Below are positions 9,946 to 19,812 of a stretch of DNA of 64,000 nt, one piece after another. The stretch is from NCBI GenBank assembly GCA_963675595.2, contig CAXXLZ010000002.1, forward strand, positions 640,001 through 704,000, read 5' to 3'. Origin of the DNA: Thermodesulfobacteriota bacterium. Its GTDB lineage: Bacteria > Desulfobacterota > Desulfarculia > JACQYL01. The first letter of the stretch is position 1. Each line of letters begins with the position of its first letter. The notes beneath the pieces were generated by a model. It saw nothing but the letters and a program-made list of their open reading frames with translations. It had not been told where the DNA came from and did no database searches. The position numbers were made by a program, and so were the translations under genes.

Positions 9946-11499
9946 TTATTCCGAATCCGCCGGTGCACCGGCGGAGCCGATGCCCACGCTGATTTCCTCA
10001 GCGCCCGTTCCACTCGGTGCCGCCCGGACTTCGGACCGACATGCACGTTCCAGCGCTTCCGCCTCACGGGGATCCGGTGTTGAAGGCCATTTGCCGACCC
10101 AGTCGAGCATCTCGCGGAACTTCTCCACGAGACGACGGTTGAGGGTCCGATACGGTTCGGCGTCCGTAGCCTCCCGCCCCCACCACAAGCAGTTTTCCCG
10201 GTCCCCCATCTTCCTGAGAACGTCCAGGCACAAACGACGCGCAGCCCCGGACAGCCAGCGAACCCTTGGATCGTCGTAAAACAACTCTCCTTCGAAGCCC
10301 GCCACTCCCTTGGGTCTCAGCTTACCCTCGGCCTTGGCCTGCTCATAAAGGCGTGTACCTTTCAACGCGATTTGATCGTGATAGAGAAGATTGGCCGTAC
10401 GCCCCAGGCGATCCAGCAGCCCGGCTTCCATCAGAAAGTTCAGGTTCTCCTCGATCTGCGCGAGGGAACTCGTCCGTTCGAACATGATGAAACCGACCTC
10501 CGGTTCCAGACCCGCGTTTCTCACCGTTTCCACGGCCTTCAAGTTGTCCGAGGTGTCGGTGTTCTTGCCCAAGCGTTCCAGCACCCGCCGACTGCCGCTT
10601 TCCAGCCCGATGAGCAGCGAGGTGAGGCCGCAGTCCGCCAGCTCCTGCATGACTTCCGGCGTGAGGTCGTCGGCACGGGTTTCCATTCCCCATGTGACGC
10701 CCGGACTTGCGAGCATTCGAGCGATGCGCATGCCTCGTTCCCGCCCTCGTCGTCCGGGTCCGAAAAAATTCGGGTCCACGAAGTAGAAGTCCCTTTTCCC
10801 GGCTTGCTTCAGATTCGTGATTTCATGGATCACTCCTTCGGGACTTCGACCCCGCCACAAGGTCTTTCCTCCATTCAGAGCGGGAATCAGACAAAAGGAA
10901 CAGCCGTTGTAGCACCCGCGAGAGGCCAGAACGCTCACCGTGTCTTCCGAATCCAGCCCGGGACGCACCGGTTCGGGCAGACGGTCCAGGACGGGCGGCG
11001 GGGTCCCGATCCCGTCGAGGCAGGGTTCCCCGTTCTTCCTTCCCGCACAACCGGGTCCCTCTGGGGAAAGACCGGACAAAATCCTCCGGACGGCTTCAAT
11101 CGCCGTAAGCTCGGGTTCCCCCACCCAGATCAGGTCCACCGCGTCATAGGCCTCCAACAACTCTTTCCACACAAGGCTCGGAAAGAAGCCGAAAAGGCAA
11201 ACGACGCCCCCATATCCCCCGCTTTTCAGGTCCTCCAAAAAGCGGAACAACAACGGCGTATGCTCCCAGAAATAGACCGCGTGCACCGCGAGAATCACGG
11301 GATTGAGCCGCAATACGGTTTCAAGGACTTCGGAGAAGCCCATCCGACGAGCGTCCATCAGATCGACGTCGAATCCCGCTTCCCGCAAAGCCGAGCACGT
11401 ATACCCGGCCATGAGACAGGACCAGAGCGGTGTATTGGCGATGTCGTTGAACCGTTCGGGTGAGGGCAACCTCGGATGTTCGAGCACCAGGACGTCCAT
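9946..11499 (-). CDS. cobalamin-binding radical SAM protein (putative BzaE-type benzimidazole methylase)
   Basis: N-terminal B12-binding-like domain; SRGCYNGCSFC CxxxCxxC motif; IGLESGS; position in the bza operon. Confidence 0.8.
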   Translation of the reverse strand: MDVLVLEHPRLPSPERFNDIANTPLWSCLMAGYTCSALREAGFDVDLMDARRMGFSEVLETVLRLNPVILAVHAVYFWEHTPLLFRFLEDLKSGGYGGVVCLFGFFPSLVWKELLEAYDAVDLIWVGEPELTAIEAVRRILSGLSPEGPGCAGRKNGEPCLDGIGTPPPVLDRLPEPVRPGLDSEDTVSVLASRGCYNGCSFCLIPALNGGKTLWRGRSPEGVIHEITNLKQAGKRDFYFVDPNFFGPGRRGRERGMRIARMLASPGVTWGMETRADDLTPEVMQELADCGLTSLLIGLESGSRRVLERLGKNTDTSDNLKAVETVRNAGLEPEVGFIMFERTSSLAQIEENLNFLMEAGLLDRLGRTANLLYHDQIALKGTRLYEQAKAEGKLRPKGVAGFEGELFYDDPRVRWLSGAARRLCLDVLRKMGDRENCLWWGREATDAEPYRTLNRRLVEKFREMLDWVGKWPSTPDPREAEALERACRSEVRAAPSGTGAEEISVGIGSAGAPADSE

Positions 11500-11514
11500 T
11501 CCGTTAACTCCTTC

Positions 11515-12840
11515 CTAACCACATGCCCGCTCCAAACCGTCGAACGAGGCGATGTCCTCCAGGGCGAGTGCATTCAACTCGTGGCGAAGACCGTCGTAGG
11601 GCGGCGGATTATAATAAGCCGGATAGAGCAGGTCTTTTCGTGCATCCCACAGCCCTTCGGCCGATAGTCGACGGGTCAGGGCGGTTCCGGGCAGAACGCG
11701 CAGGTTGTTGAACACAAAGGCCGCCGGGTTGCCGGCCCGTCGATGTTCCGCGCAGAGTCGTCCCACCAGTTCCCTGGTGTGTCGTACGGTCCGTGCGGTT
11801 TCTCCCGGAAGGTTGCACAAAAAATGGTGGACCGTGACGATACCGCTGGCCGCGGCCAAGCCGGCGGCCTGGATGACCCGGTCCATGTCGGTTGCTTTGT
11901 TCAACAGGGCCAAGGCCTCGGGAGACGCTCCATCCGCCGAAAAGTAGATCGCGTTAAGACCGGCGCGACCATAGAGTTTCAGGCAGGACGGACGAAGCGC
12001 GTCCTCGCGAAAGAAGCCCGTCCATCCCACCTGTAGGTCTCTACGGAGGATTTCCTCGCATATGGCGTCCAGATGGTGGGCGGGCTCGTTCACCACGGGA
12101 TCCGTGAAGTGAAAGAGCCGCACACCGAATCTACTGTGAGCCTCGAACATCTCTTCCACCACGACCTCGGGCTCTCTCAGCCTGAGTCCGCGCCCCTGCA
12201 ATTCGGGGTAAAGGCAATAGGAGCAGGCGTGAGGACACCCGCGTTTCCCCTCGATGCCCATGAACGCCACATAGCTGTTGCGTGCGGAATAGTCGCCGGG
12301 AGGGAACAGGTCCCAGTCCGGCAGCGACCATCTGCCGGTTTGCGAACGGCGAGCCCAGGAATCCATGGTTTGCCCGGCGCCGTCACGCGTCAACACGCCG
12401 GGAAGTCCTTCGGCCTGATCCAAACGTTCAAGAAGGTCGGGAAAGACGTCTTCGCCTTCGCCTCGAACCCCCAGGTCCACCTCGGGCAACTCGCGCATCA
12501 GGCGCCGTGCGAACAGGGAAAAGCCGGAACCGCCCAGCACGATCGTCGCACGGGGAGCGTAGCGCTTGACCAAAGTCAGGGAGGCTTTCAGTTGAGGCAC
12601 GAATGAATGCAGCATGCCGGCCAAAGGATCCAGGTTTCGAAAAGAGACGCCCACCACGTCGGGCCGGAACTCTTCGAGGCTTCGCCGTAACACGGGCCAG
12701 GGAAAGGAATGGAGGTTCATGTCCAATGCCCCGACGGTGTGATCGCCCTTCAAGGAAGCGGCGATGCGTGCCAGGCCCAAAGGGTAGACCAGTTCGCCGC
12801 CTTCCATCCGTGATATGGCCTGCAACAACAGAATTCGCAT
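11515..12840 (-). CDS. cobalamin-binding radical SAM protein (putative BzaD-type)
   Basis: YPLGL..IAA, VLGGSGFS, GEGE, KRGCPHACSYC motifs; lies downstream of bzaC. Confidence 0.8.
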   Translation of the reverse strand: MRILLLQAISRMEGGELVYPLGLARIAASLKGDHTVGALDMNLHSFPWPVLRRSLEEFRPDVVGVSFRNLDPLAGMLHSFVPQLKASLTLVKRYAPRATIVLGGSGFSLFARRLMRELPEVDLGVRGEGEDVFPDLLERLDQAEGLPGVLTRDGAGQTMDSWARRSQTGRWSLPDWDLFPPGDYSARNSYVAFMGIEGKRGCPHACSYCLYPELQGRGLRLREPEVVVEEMFEAHSRFGVRLFHFTDPVVNEPAHHLDAICEEILRRDLQVGWTGFFREDALRPSCLKLYGRAGLNAIYFSADGASPEALALLNKATDMDRVIQAAGLAAASGIVTVHHFLCNLPGETARTVRHTRELVGRLCAEHRRAGNPAAFVFNNLRVLPGTALTRRLSAEGLWDARKDLLYPAYYNPPPYDGLRHELNALALEDIASFDGLERACG

Positions 12841-12868
12841 AATTCGCCGTATCCCTTCACGGGATATC

Positions 12869-12898
12869 CGGGAGAATCTTTTGAAAAAGGTTCTCCCG
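12869..12898. repeat. intergenic palindrome / stem-loop
   Basis: CGGGAGAATCTTTT-G-AAAAAGGTTCTCCCG imperfect inverted repeat between bzaC and the next gene. Confidence 0.5.
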
Positions 12899-13218
12899 AA
12901 CCCTTTCCCAAACTTTTTAGGAGAGTTGCTCGCTTCCGCTCCGCAACCGAGGCATAGGGATGTCCGTGAACAGGTTGTCAGGTCCGCAACGACCGGAACT
13001 CTCGGCCAAGGCTTAGACGTTTGAATGCTCCGGATCGGAGAAGAATCTTACCTGTTCGGCTTCGTCTATTTTGAGATGGAGCCCGCATAAGAACGCTTAT
13101 CCAGCGTCTCTCCGCTCTCGCCGTCGTCCACGGCATAAATGGAAACACATCGTCCGTACGCGCCGTACGCATGGTTTTGGTGACGCGGTGAACGGACGAC
13201 CTGGTTCTATTCCACTAG

Positions 13219-14768
13219 CTAGAGTTTAGAGTCTGGCGACCCTTGGTATAGGAAAAATGCGAATAAAGACAACAAAGTACTTGACATTGCCGCGCGGATG
13301 CGCGGCCGCCTTTGGCGGCCCTTTAAGGAAAGAAACCTTTCCTTGGGGGTCAACCAATGGATTCGACGGCTCAAGCACTTATGCTCCTATCGCAGTGGAT
13401 TTCCTTTCTATTTCAGGCCGTTCCGTGCAGAATAGCTCCGACTCTTCTGGAACTCCTGATGGGATGTATGGTCTGCCGCGGCGGCCATATTTCTTCCGCG
13501 CTTCTGGCCGTTCGGCCCCAGTTGTCCTGGACCGCCTATTACAAGGCCATCGAAAAGGGCCGATTCCAATGGCTTGCGCTAGCCCGGCAATGGATGCGCC
13601 TGATCCTGAAACGGATTCCAAACCGATCCATCGAGTTCGCCATAGACGACTTCCCTTTGCCCAGATCGTCCAAGAAAGCTCCCTGCGCCGGTTGGCATTA
13701 CGATCACGCGCACCGGCCCAACCGCCCCAAATTCCTGTGGGGACAGCTTCGGGTTTCTCTGGCTGTCATCTGCCGCCACAAGGGCCGGGTAGCCGCGTTT
13801 CCCCTCTTGTTTCGGCTCATCCGCAAAAAAGGGAACACCACCAAACTGGACGCGGCGCGGCTCTTGATGTCCGTTCTCATGACTTGGCTGCCGGATCGCT
13901 TTCTCATTATTCTGCTGCTCGATGCCTGGTATATGAAAAGCTCCCTGGTGGTTCCCCTGATTCGCGATGGTGTGACGGTCATCGGCCAAGTCCGCAAAGA
14001 TACCGCCCTGTTTTTGCCTCCGGACAATCCGCCTCGGAAGAAACGGGGCAGACCCAGAAAGTATGGGGAAAAACTCACGTTGGAAAACATCGGACGATTC
14101 TGTCGTCCGGTGGAGAAAACCCTCTTTGCCTACGGCTCGGAACGAGTTTTCCAGTTCTACCAAACCAAAGCCAAAGTCCGCTTCCTGGACGGCCGGTTGT
14201 GCAAGATCGTGTGGTGCCGGTTTATGTCCGACAACCCCTCTTGGTCCGATTGGCATCTTCTGATCAGTACCGATCCCGACATGGACGGCGCGGAAGTGAT
14301 TACACGCTATGCACGACGATGGTGGACCGAGCCCATGTTCAACGAGATCAAGCACCTGTTCGGACTGAAAAATGCTTGGCAGCAGACACGGCAGACATTG
14401 GCTCGATGGAGCATGATCTTGTGCCTGGCCTACGGCTTGCCACGGCTCTTGGCGCTCTGCCTGGGTCCCAACGCGGCCTATACGATGTTTCCAATCCCTT
14501 GGAGAAAGAACAGGCCCGCCACCGCCGGCTGGATGGCCGCAGCCATCGGTCGTCTTTTCGGCAACTTAAACGTGCGAGCCATGTGGAACCGGAAATCCAA
14601 AAAATTCCAACCGGAATTCACCGATTCTCCGGAAGACTTGGGGCGCGCTGCCTGATATCCGTGTTCAGTCAATCATCTCAAAGCCTTACGTCAACGGTAT
14701 TCAACCCGTCTTGGAGAACTATGCTCTTCTATACAAACTTGGCTGCCCCGCATGGCTCTAAACTCTAG
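13219..14768 (+). mobile_element. insertion sequence (IS4-superfamily / IS701-like), 1550 bp
   Basis: 13-bp perfect terminal IRs CTAGAGTTTAGAG (13219-13231) / CTCTAAACTCTAG (14756-14768); 9-bp direct repeat TTCCACTAG at 13210-13218 and 14769-14777. Confidence 0.93.
13357..14655 (+). CDS. DDE transposase (IS701/IS4-like)
   Basis: AIDD, LLDAWY and Y.RRW..E..F..IK..FGL motifs; enclosed by the IRs. Confidence 0.9.
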   Translation: MDSTAQALMLLSQWISFLFQAVPCRIAPTLLELLMGCMVCRGGHISSALLAVRPQLSWTAYYKAIEKGRFQWLALARQWMRLILKRIPNRSIEFAIDDFPLPRSSKKAPCAGWHYDHAHRPNRPKFLWGQLRVSLAVICRHKGRVAAFPLLFRLIRKKGNTTKLDAARLLMSVLMTWLPDRFLIILLLDAWYMKSSLVVPLIRDGVTVIGQVRKDTALFLPPDNPPRKKRGRPRKYGEKLTLENIGRFCRPVEKTLFAYGSERVFQFYQTKAKVRFLDGRLCKIVWCRFMSDNPSWSDWHLLISTDPDMDGAEVITRYARRWWTEPMFNEIKHLFGLKNAWQQTRQTLARWSMILCLAYGLPRLLALCLGPNAAYTMFPIPWRKNRPATAGWMAAAIGRLFGNLNVRAMWNRKSKKFQPEFTDSPEDLGRAA

Positions 14769-16328
14769 TTCCACTAGAATTAGACCTAGATAATGCACAA
14801 ACCCGTGAGCGTCGGCCACCGGTGCGAGACTCCAGCCCGCGGCCGCAGCGGTGCCGTAGACATCCACACCGCAGGCTTCCAGGGCCGGTCGCGCCTGGTC
14901 TGGCCTGGAACACGCCCCCGAGGGATCGCAGGTCTTGCACAACGTGCAGGGTCCCGCGCCGAAAGCCAACGCTTTAGGATGACCCGCCAGGAAGATTTCC
15001 CGTTCGAGCTTCAATAGTCGTTGATGAAACTCCCGGCCCGGCGGCTCCCCTTGAACCAGCAAGCCCCAATCATAAGCGGCGAGCACTTTGTTCATTTCCC
15101 GCTCGTCCGGCGAGTGAGGAGGACATTGCAGGTTCCGTCCGAAGCCGGAACAGCCGTAGGCGCATTTCAGGCGCACCCAGGGAGCGGTGACGACCCGGTC
15201 CGCGTGCATGGGGGTCGCCTTTCGAAAACCCATCTTCCGGGCCCGGAAAGCCCAAAGGCCTTTTCGTCCTTGTTCCGGGCGAGGTGACGGCCCTCGGCCC
15301 GCCGCCAGAAGCATGGTATCCGTATCCAGGGAATGAGGAAGCCACGGATTCAGGCCGGCGCGGCGCAGCATGTCCTCAACCGCTTCGCGTTCGTGGATGC
15401 GGCCGTTATAGGTATTGAGGAGCATGTGCAGGTCATACAACTTGCCCTTCAGCGGGTCCGCTCCCAATCCTTCGTAATCGTAATCGTGAACGACCAGAAT
15501 TCCGTCCGAGTTCAGGAGAGAAGCGGCGGTTTGGACAAGGGCGCCGGCTTCCTCGGTTCCATAGGCGTGCAGCACATTGGACAGCAGCACGAGATCGAAG
15601 CAGGCTTCGCGCAGCGGCGGTTTACGAACGTCACAGGCCAAGCGGGCAACACCCTGCCAGTCTTCGCTTAGGGGATATCTCCGCGACCCCGCTTCGATCA
15701 CTTCGGGCAGGTCCGCCAAAACGGCCCGACAGTCCGGCCACCGCCGGACCATGGAACGCGCCCACGCCCCCGCTCCTCCTCCGAAGTCGAGAACGCGTTT
15801 CGGAGAACGATCCGTCCACCAATCCAGGACATCGACGGCTTCCTCCGCTTTGAGCCGGGCCTGTGCGTCCAATGCTTCCACATATTCGAAAACCCGACGA
15901 CGATAAGCCTCGGAAGACTCCGAGGCGTTCCGCTGGTTGACCTCCACTCCGACGCGGACCCTGCCGGCAAGCCGTTTCCAGTGAGGGGCGAAGTAGTTCC
16001 GATACTTCAGAAAACGGCCCAAATATTCCGGAGCGCCCTCCACCAGGTGTTTGGCCGCCAGCGGTCCGTTCTCCCAGTCATGGGGAGATCCGACGAGCAA
16101 TCCCACGGCGCCCAAGGCCTCACACAGCCGTGCGAGCGCGTCCCCGTCCCAGCCCGATTCCGGAGCCCACTCGTCGATCCGCCCTCCGTTCCTGTGGATG
16201 AGGGTGAACAAGTCGAGGTCCAACGCCGCGAACAGCACTTCGGAATACCAGTGCGCCGTGGCCAGGTCCTCGAGATACTGGTAGGAGTTTTGAGCCGGAT
16301 CGGCTTGTTTCGTGAGAGTCTGCATCAT
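14691..16328 (-). CDS. bzaC: BzaC-like SAM O-methyltransferase fused to a Cys-rich DUF2284-like domain; C-terminus extended by IS sequence
   Basis: Dimerisation domain, VLDFGGGAG, LSNVLH; C-terminal KCAYGC...CPP...GPCTLCKTC...C..P..ARPALEACGVDV; follows bzaF. Confidence 0.75.
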   Translation of the reverse strand: MMQTLTKQADPAQNSYQYLEDLATAHWYSEVLFAALDLDLFTLIHRNGGRIDEWAPESGWDGDALARLCEALGAVGLLVGSPHDWENGPLAAKHLVEGAPEYLGRFLKYRNYFAPHWKRLAGRVRVGVEVNQRNASESSEAYRRRVFEYVEALDAQARLKAEEAVDVLDWWTDRSPKRVLDFGGGAGAWARSMVRRWPDCRAVLADLPEVIEAGSRRYPLSEDWQGVARLACDVRKPPLREACFDLVLLSNVLHAYGTEEAGALVQTAASLLNSDGILVVHDYDYEGLGADPLKGKLYDLHMLLNTYNGRIHEREAVEDMLRRAGLNPWLPHSLDTDTMLLAAGRGPSPRPEQGRKGLWAFRARKMGFRKATPMHADRVVTAPWVRLKCAYGCSGFGRNLQCPPHSPDEREMNKVLAAYDWGLLVQGEPPGREFHQRLLKLEREIFLAGHPKALAFGAGPCTLCKTCDPSGACSRPDQARPALEACGVDVYGTAAAAGWSLAPVADAHGFVHYLGLILVELEFRAMRGSQVCIEEHSSPRRVEYR

Positions 16329-16484
16329 CCGTCCCACCGGTCGTTGAAGAACTTCCGGAGTATCGTCATCGGGTAAGCCCCGAAAAGCGTTCGGTTCCCA
16401 TGTCCAACGGTTGCATGGAATGTGGAGGGCGTCCGTTAAAGACGGCCGCCCTTCGCCGTAATCAACTTTGCCGGATACCGGACG

Positions 16485-17798
16485 TCAGGCTTTGGCCGAA
16501 GCGCACAGAGCATCCTGGAAAAGTTCCATGCTTCCCTTGTTGGCGCAGAACTTTCCGCACATGGTGCAGGAAGTCAGGTCTTCGGGAGATCGCTCCATTC
16601 GGATGGCCCGGGCATCTTCCGCGAAAAGCGCAAGGTCGAACTGCTTTTCCCAGTCGGAGTCTCTCCTGGCCTTGCTCATGGCCAAGTCCCGTTGTCTTCC
16701 TCGTTCCGGATATTTGGCCGTGTCCCCGATGTACGCCGCCACGCGAGCCGCTTTGACTCCTTCCACCACGTCCTTTTCGTTGGGAAGCGCCAAGTGTTCT
16801 GCGGGAGTAATGTAGCAGATGAGGTCCGCGCCGAAACGCGCGCTCTGAGCCGCGCCGATGGCGGCGGTCACATGGTCCCAGCCCGCCGTCACATCGCTGG
16901 GAATGGGACCCAACATGTAGTAGGGAGCGTGGTTGCTCATCTGTTTTTGCAGGATGATGTTGGCCTCGATCTGATCCAGAGGCACATGGCCCGGCCCTTC
17001 CACCATCATTTGGCATCCCATGGCGCAACCGATCTCCGCCAATTCGCAATTGATGAGCAGTTCCTGAACCATGGCCCGGTCGAAGGAATCGTGAATGGCG
17101 CCGGCCCTTAGACCGTTACCCAAAGACAGCACCACGTCGTATTTCTTCAGGATTTCCACCACCCGATCGAACTTCTCATACAGGGGGTTTTCGCGGTTAT
17201 TCCGCTTCATCCACGCCACCATACTGGTGCCGCCCTTGCTCACAAGTCCTCCGTAGCGATAGCCCTGCTTCTCAAGCCGCTCGATGGTGTAGCGATTGAT
17301 ACCGCAATGGATGGCCATGAAGGCGAGACCGTCGGCGCACTGCGCTTCAATGAGGTCGAAAAGCAGCTCCTCATCCAGTTTGTTGGGGTCGCCGTACTTG
17401 TGTGCCGCCTCACAAAAGGCCTGGTAGAGCGGGACGTTTCCCACGGGGATTTGGACCGCTGCCAGGACCCCTCGCCGAATCCGGTCCAGGTCTCCTCCCA
17501 CGGAGAGTTCCATGAGGGTATCCGCTCCCGCGTTCTCCGCGGCCACGGCTTTGCGGACCTCGGCGTCCAGGTCCACGATGTCCGTGGAGGTACCGATGCT
17601 GGCGTTGATCTTGGTTCGGAGCCCGAGGCCGATGCCCACGGGTTTGGGGGGGTGATTGAGGTTGAAGGGAATCACCACTCGGCCGGCGGCCGTCAGTTCG
17701 CGGATGCTCTCGGCATCGAGCCCCTCCGCCGCGGCGATTTCCTTCATCTGCGGGGTTATGACGCCCTTCTTGGCGTATTCCACCTGCGTTGCCACCAT
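16485..17798 (-). CDS. bzaF: ThiC-family radical SAM enzyme, most likely 5-hydroxybenzimidazole synthase BzaF
   Basis: ThiC motifs TKINASIGTS, GADTLMELS, VEGPGHVP, YITPAEHL, CTMCGKFC; the B12 riboswitch and cobT context favour BzaF over ThiC; GGAGGAG RBS. Confidence 0.8.
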   Translation of the reverse strand: MVATQVEYAKKGVITPQMKEIAAAEGLDAESIRELTAAGRVVIPFNLNHPPKPVGIGLGLRTKINASIGTSTDIVDLDAEVRKAVAAENAGADTLMELSVGGDLDRIRRGVLAAVQIPVGNVPLYQAFCEAAHKYGDPNKLDEELLFDLIEAQCADGLAFMAIHCGINRYTIERLEKQGYRYGGLVSKGGTSMVAWMKRNNRENPLYEKFDRVVEILKKYDVVLSLGNGLRAGAIHDSFDRAMVQELLINCELAEIGCAMGCQMMVEGPGHVPLDQIEANIILQKQMSNHAPYYMLGPIPSDVTAGWDHVTAAIGAAQSARFGADLICYITPAEHLALPNEKDVVEGVKAARVAAYIGDTAKYPERGRQRDLAMSKARRDSDWEKQFDLALFAEDARAIRMERSPEDLTSCTMCGKFCANKGSMELFQDALCASAKA

Positions 17799-17907
17799 TC
17801 TCCTCCTTTTCTTTAGAAGAATCGGTTCAAGCCGGCGGGTCGCCCGTCCGAGACAAAAAAAATCCTCGGACGCGGAACGCCCAAGGATTTGCCATCTCCT
17901 GGTAACG

Positions 17908-18080
17908 CCGACTGACGGCAGGTCTTCTGACTCTTGGATCATCCTACTTCCCGCGCCTTCCCACTCCATTGACATGAAGCAGTGACATTCTGCGGGTTTC
18001 GTCCCCAATCACAGCGGCGGGTCCGTACCGGATTTTCGCCGGTTTCCCCATTAAGGCCTTACGGCCGCCGATCAGTCGCC
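17908..18080 (-). ncRNA. cobalamin riboswitch
   Basis: Minus strand reads TTAATGGGGAAACCGGCGAAAATCCGGTACGGACCCGCCGCTGTGA...GTCACTG...TGGGAAGG...AGTCAGAAGACCTGCC (B12 box). Confidence 0.93.
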
Positions 18081-18182
18081 CTATTCAATTGTGCGGAGAA
18101 AGTTAGTCCGTACCCACCTTTCCAGTCAAGTGAAAAACGACCGGCTTCAATCCTCGGTACGACACGGCCGCCCCGAAGCGGC

Positions 18183-18983
18183 TCAATTCCGCCTCGAAAT
18201 TCCGTGTTCGTCGAGCAGTCGATCGAAACTTTGCCTGGCATGTTGATACAACGCCAGATCGAGTTGGTTGCGTTCAAGAATGAGCCTGGGTACCACGTCG
18301 AAGTCGATGGACTGGAATACTTCTTTCTTCACTTCGGATACCGCCGCGTTCATACGTCCCGTGGACTCGACATCGGAGAACCCCAGAATCCTTTTCATAA
18401 GCTCAAGGGAACGGGGATATTCCTCCATCAGGCCGATACAGGAAAAATGGCCGTCCAGATGATGAATCGCCCGGTTCAGGTCCGCCGGCTCAAGCTTGGG
18501 CCGAAAATCCGGGGTTCCGTCCTCCGTGCAAAGCAACCGTACCTGGCAGTTCTCGACCTCCACCGTGAGGTCCGACTGAACGAACTCTTCGATGGGCATC
18601 GGCTTTTCGGGGTTCCGGTGGACTTCAGAATAAAGGTAATGATTGGACCAAGTCCTGGCGTGAATATAAAAAGAAATCACTCGATCCACCGGATGACGGA
18701 GAAAAGTAACATAGGAACATCGTTCTCCGAAACGCTTGTGCCAACCGAAGGAAATATGGCCTTCAATACAGTCATACTTGCGAAGCAGGTCCGGGGGCAG
18801 CCGCTTGAGTCCGTTGACCGGATCGTCGTAAGTCGCCGTAAAAATTCGTTCCTCGTTGATGTTCTTCCGAATTACGGCACTGAATGTTGTTCCACCCGTC
18901 TTGGGTATATGAAGGAAGATGAGTTTCCGGCCGGGATTCAGACGTCCCAATACACAATTCTTAAGTCTCTGGAAGTAATTCAT
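18183..18983 (-). CDS. sulfotransferase family 2 protein
   Basis: 5'-PSB motif FLHIPKTGGTT, 3'-PB motif TFLRHPVDRVISFY, C-terminal N.LD..LY. Confidence 0.85.
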   Translation of the reverse strand: MNYFQRLKNCVLGRLNPGRKLIFLHIPKTGGTTFSAVIRKNINEERIFTATYDDPVNGLKRLPPDLLRKYDCIEGHISFGWHKRFGERCSYVTFLRHPVDRVISFYIHARTWSNHYLYSEVHRNPEKPMPIEEFVQSDLTVEVENCQVRLLCTEDGTPDFRPKLEPADLNRAIHHLDGHFSCIGLMEEYPRSLELMKRILGFSDVESTGRMNAAVSEVKKEVFQSIDFDVVPRLILERNQLDLALYQHARQSFDRLLDEHGISRRN

Positions 18984-19727
18984 AAGAACACACCAATCAC
19001 GGCTGGGGGATAATGAATGTTCATACTCGTAACGGGAATATTCTAAGAAGTCTAGCGTCTTCTCTTCTTGGCGTTATTCCTATTTCAAATCTTAATCTTC
19101 CCGACTGTATCTTGCATGCGACGAGACCACAATCCGTTACCGGCTGATCCTCGCATACACACTTATTCATATTCCATAATATCAATACGGAACCGAGTGT
19201 AGCCTCTCATCCGTATCTTGGCGGCATCCGTATTTCATGAATGTGCCGGACGGATTCTCCAGCGCACAGAGCGAAATTTCATTTGGTTCTCCGGCACGGT
19301 CCGTGTCTGCGATACTCAACATTAGAGAGACGAGTCCATGAATACATCCTGCTTGCTTGCACAAACAAAGCCGCTCTTCGTATTCGTCACGGAACCGTCA
19401 AAAACAATGCAGTCTTTGGAGAATCGGTGACATTCTTATTTCAAATCTGCGGCGCTTTCAAGCCTTTTTGCAAGTACCGGACATATTCGAGGAGGCCGCC
19501 TGGTCGGATGAATCCGCCGGTCCACCGAGGAAGACCCGAGACAAACGGCCTCTCGGGAGGTCGTTGAAAAGAGCGATCTACGGGCCATGAGAGAATTGCC
19601 GAGCGAGCAAGGTCATCGTCCGGTCTCAGGCTCGGATACCGGATACCGCTCATCGGACGTAACGGTTCATCATCCCGGCATACGATACTCCGGGGTTTGC
19701 ACGCCTATTGATCTCACTGTGGGCATC

Positions 19728-19812
19728 CGGATCCATCCGTAATTTCGGTTCGATCTTGAAGCAGTCATTACGATTCAAGAATTAAGATATATTGTTTCGC
19801 AGATATTCATAG
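19728..19812 (+). repeat. ~85-bp diverged direct repeat, copy A (copy B at 23600-23685)
   Basis: CGGATCCATCCGT...TTGAAGC.GTCA.TACGAT.CAA.AATTAAGA..TATTGTTTCGCAGA.ATTCATAG present twice. Confidence 0.85.

Noticed and set aside
13257-14768. 503-aa alternate-frame ORF spanning the IS
   Set aside because: No recognisable motifs; it overlaps the real transposase frame, and its stop at the IR reflects the TAG in the repeat.
16485-18008. Calling the gene thiC with the 507-aa ORF start
   Set aside because: The N-terminal extension overlaps the cobalamin riboswitch; the RBS-supported start is 17798, and context points to bzaF.
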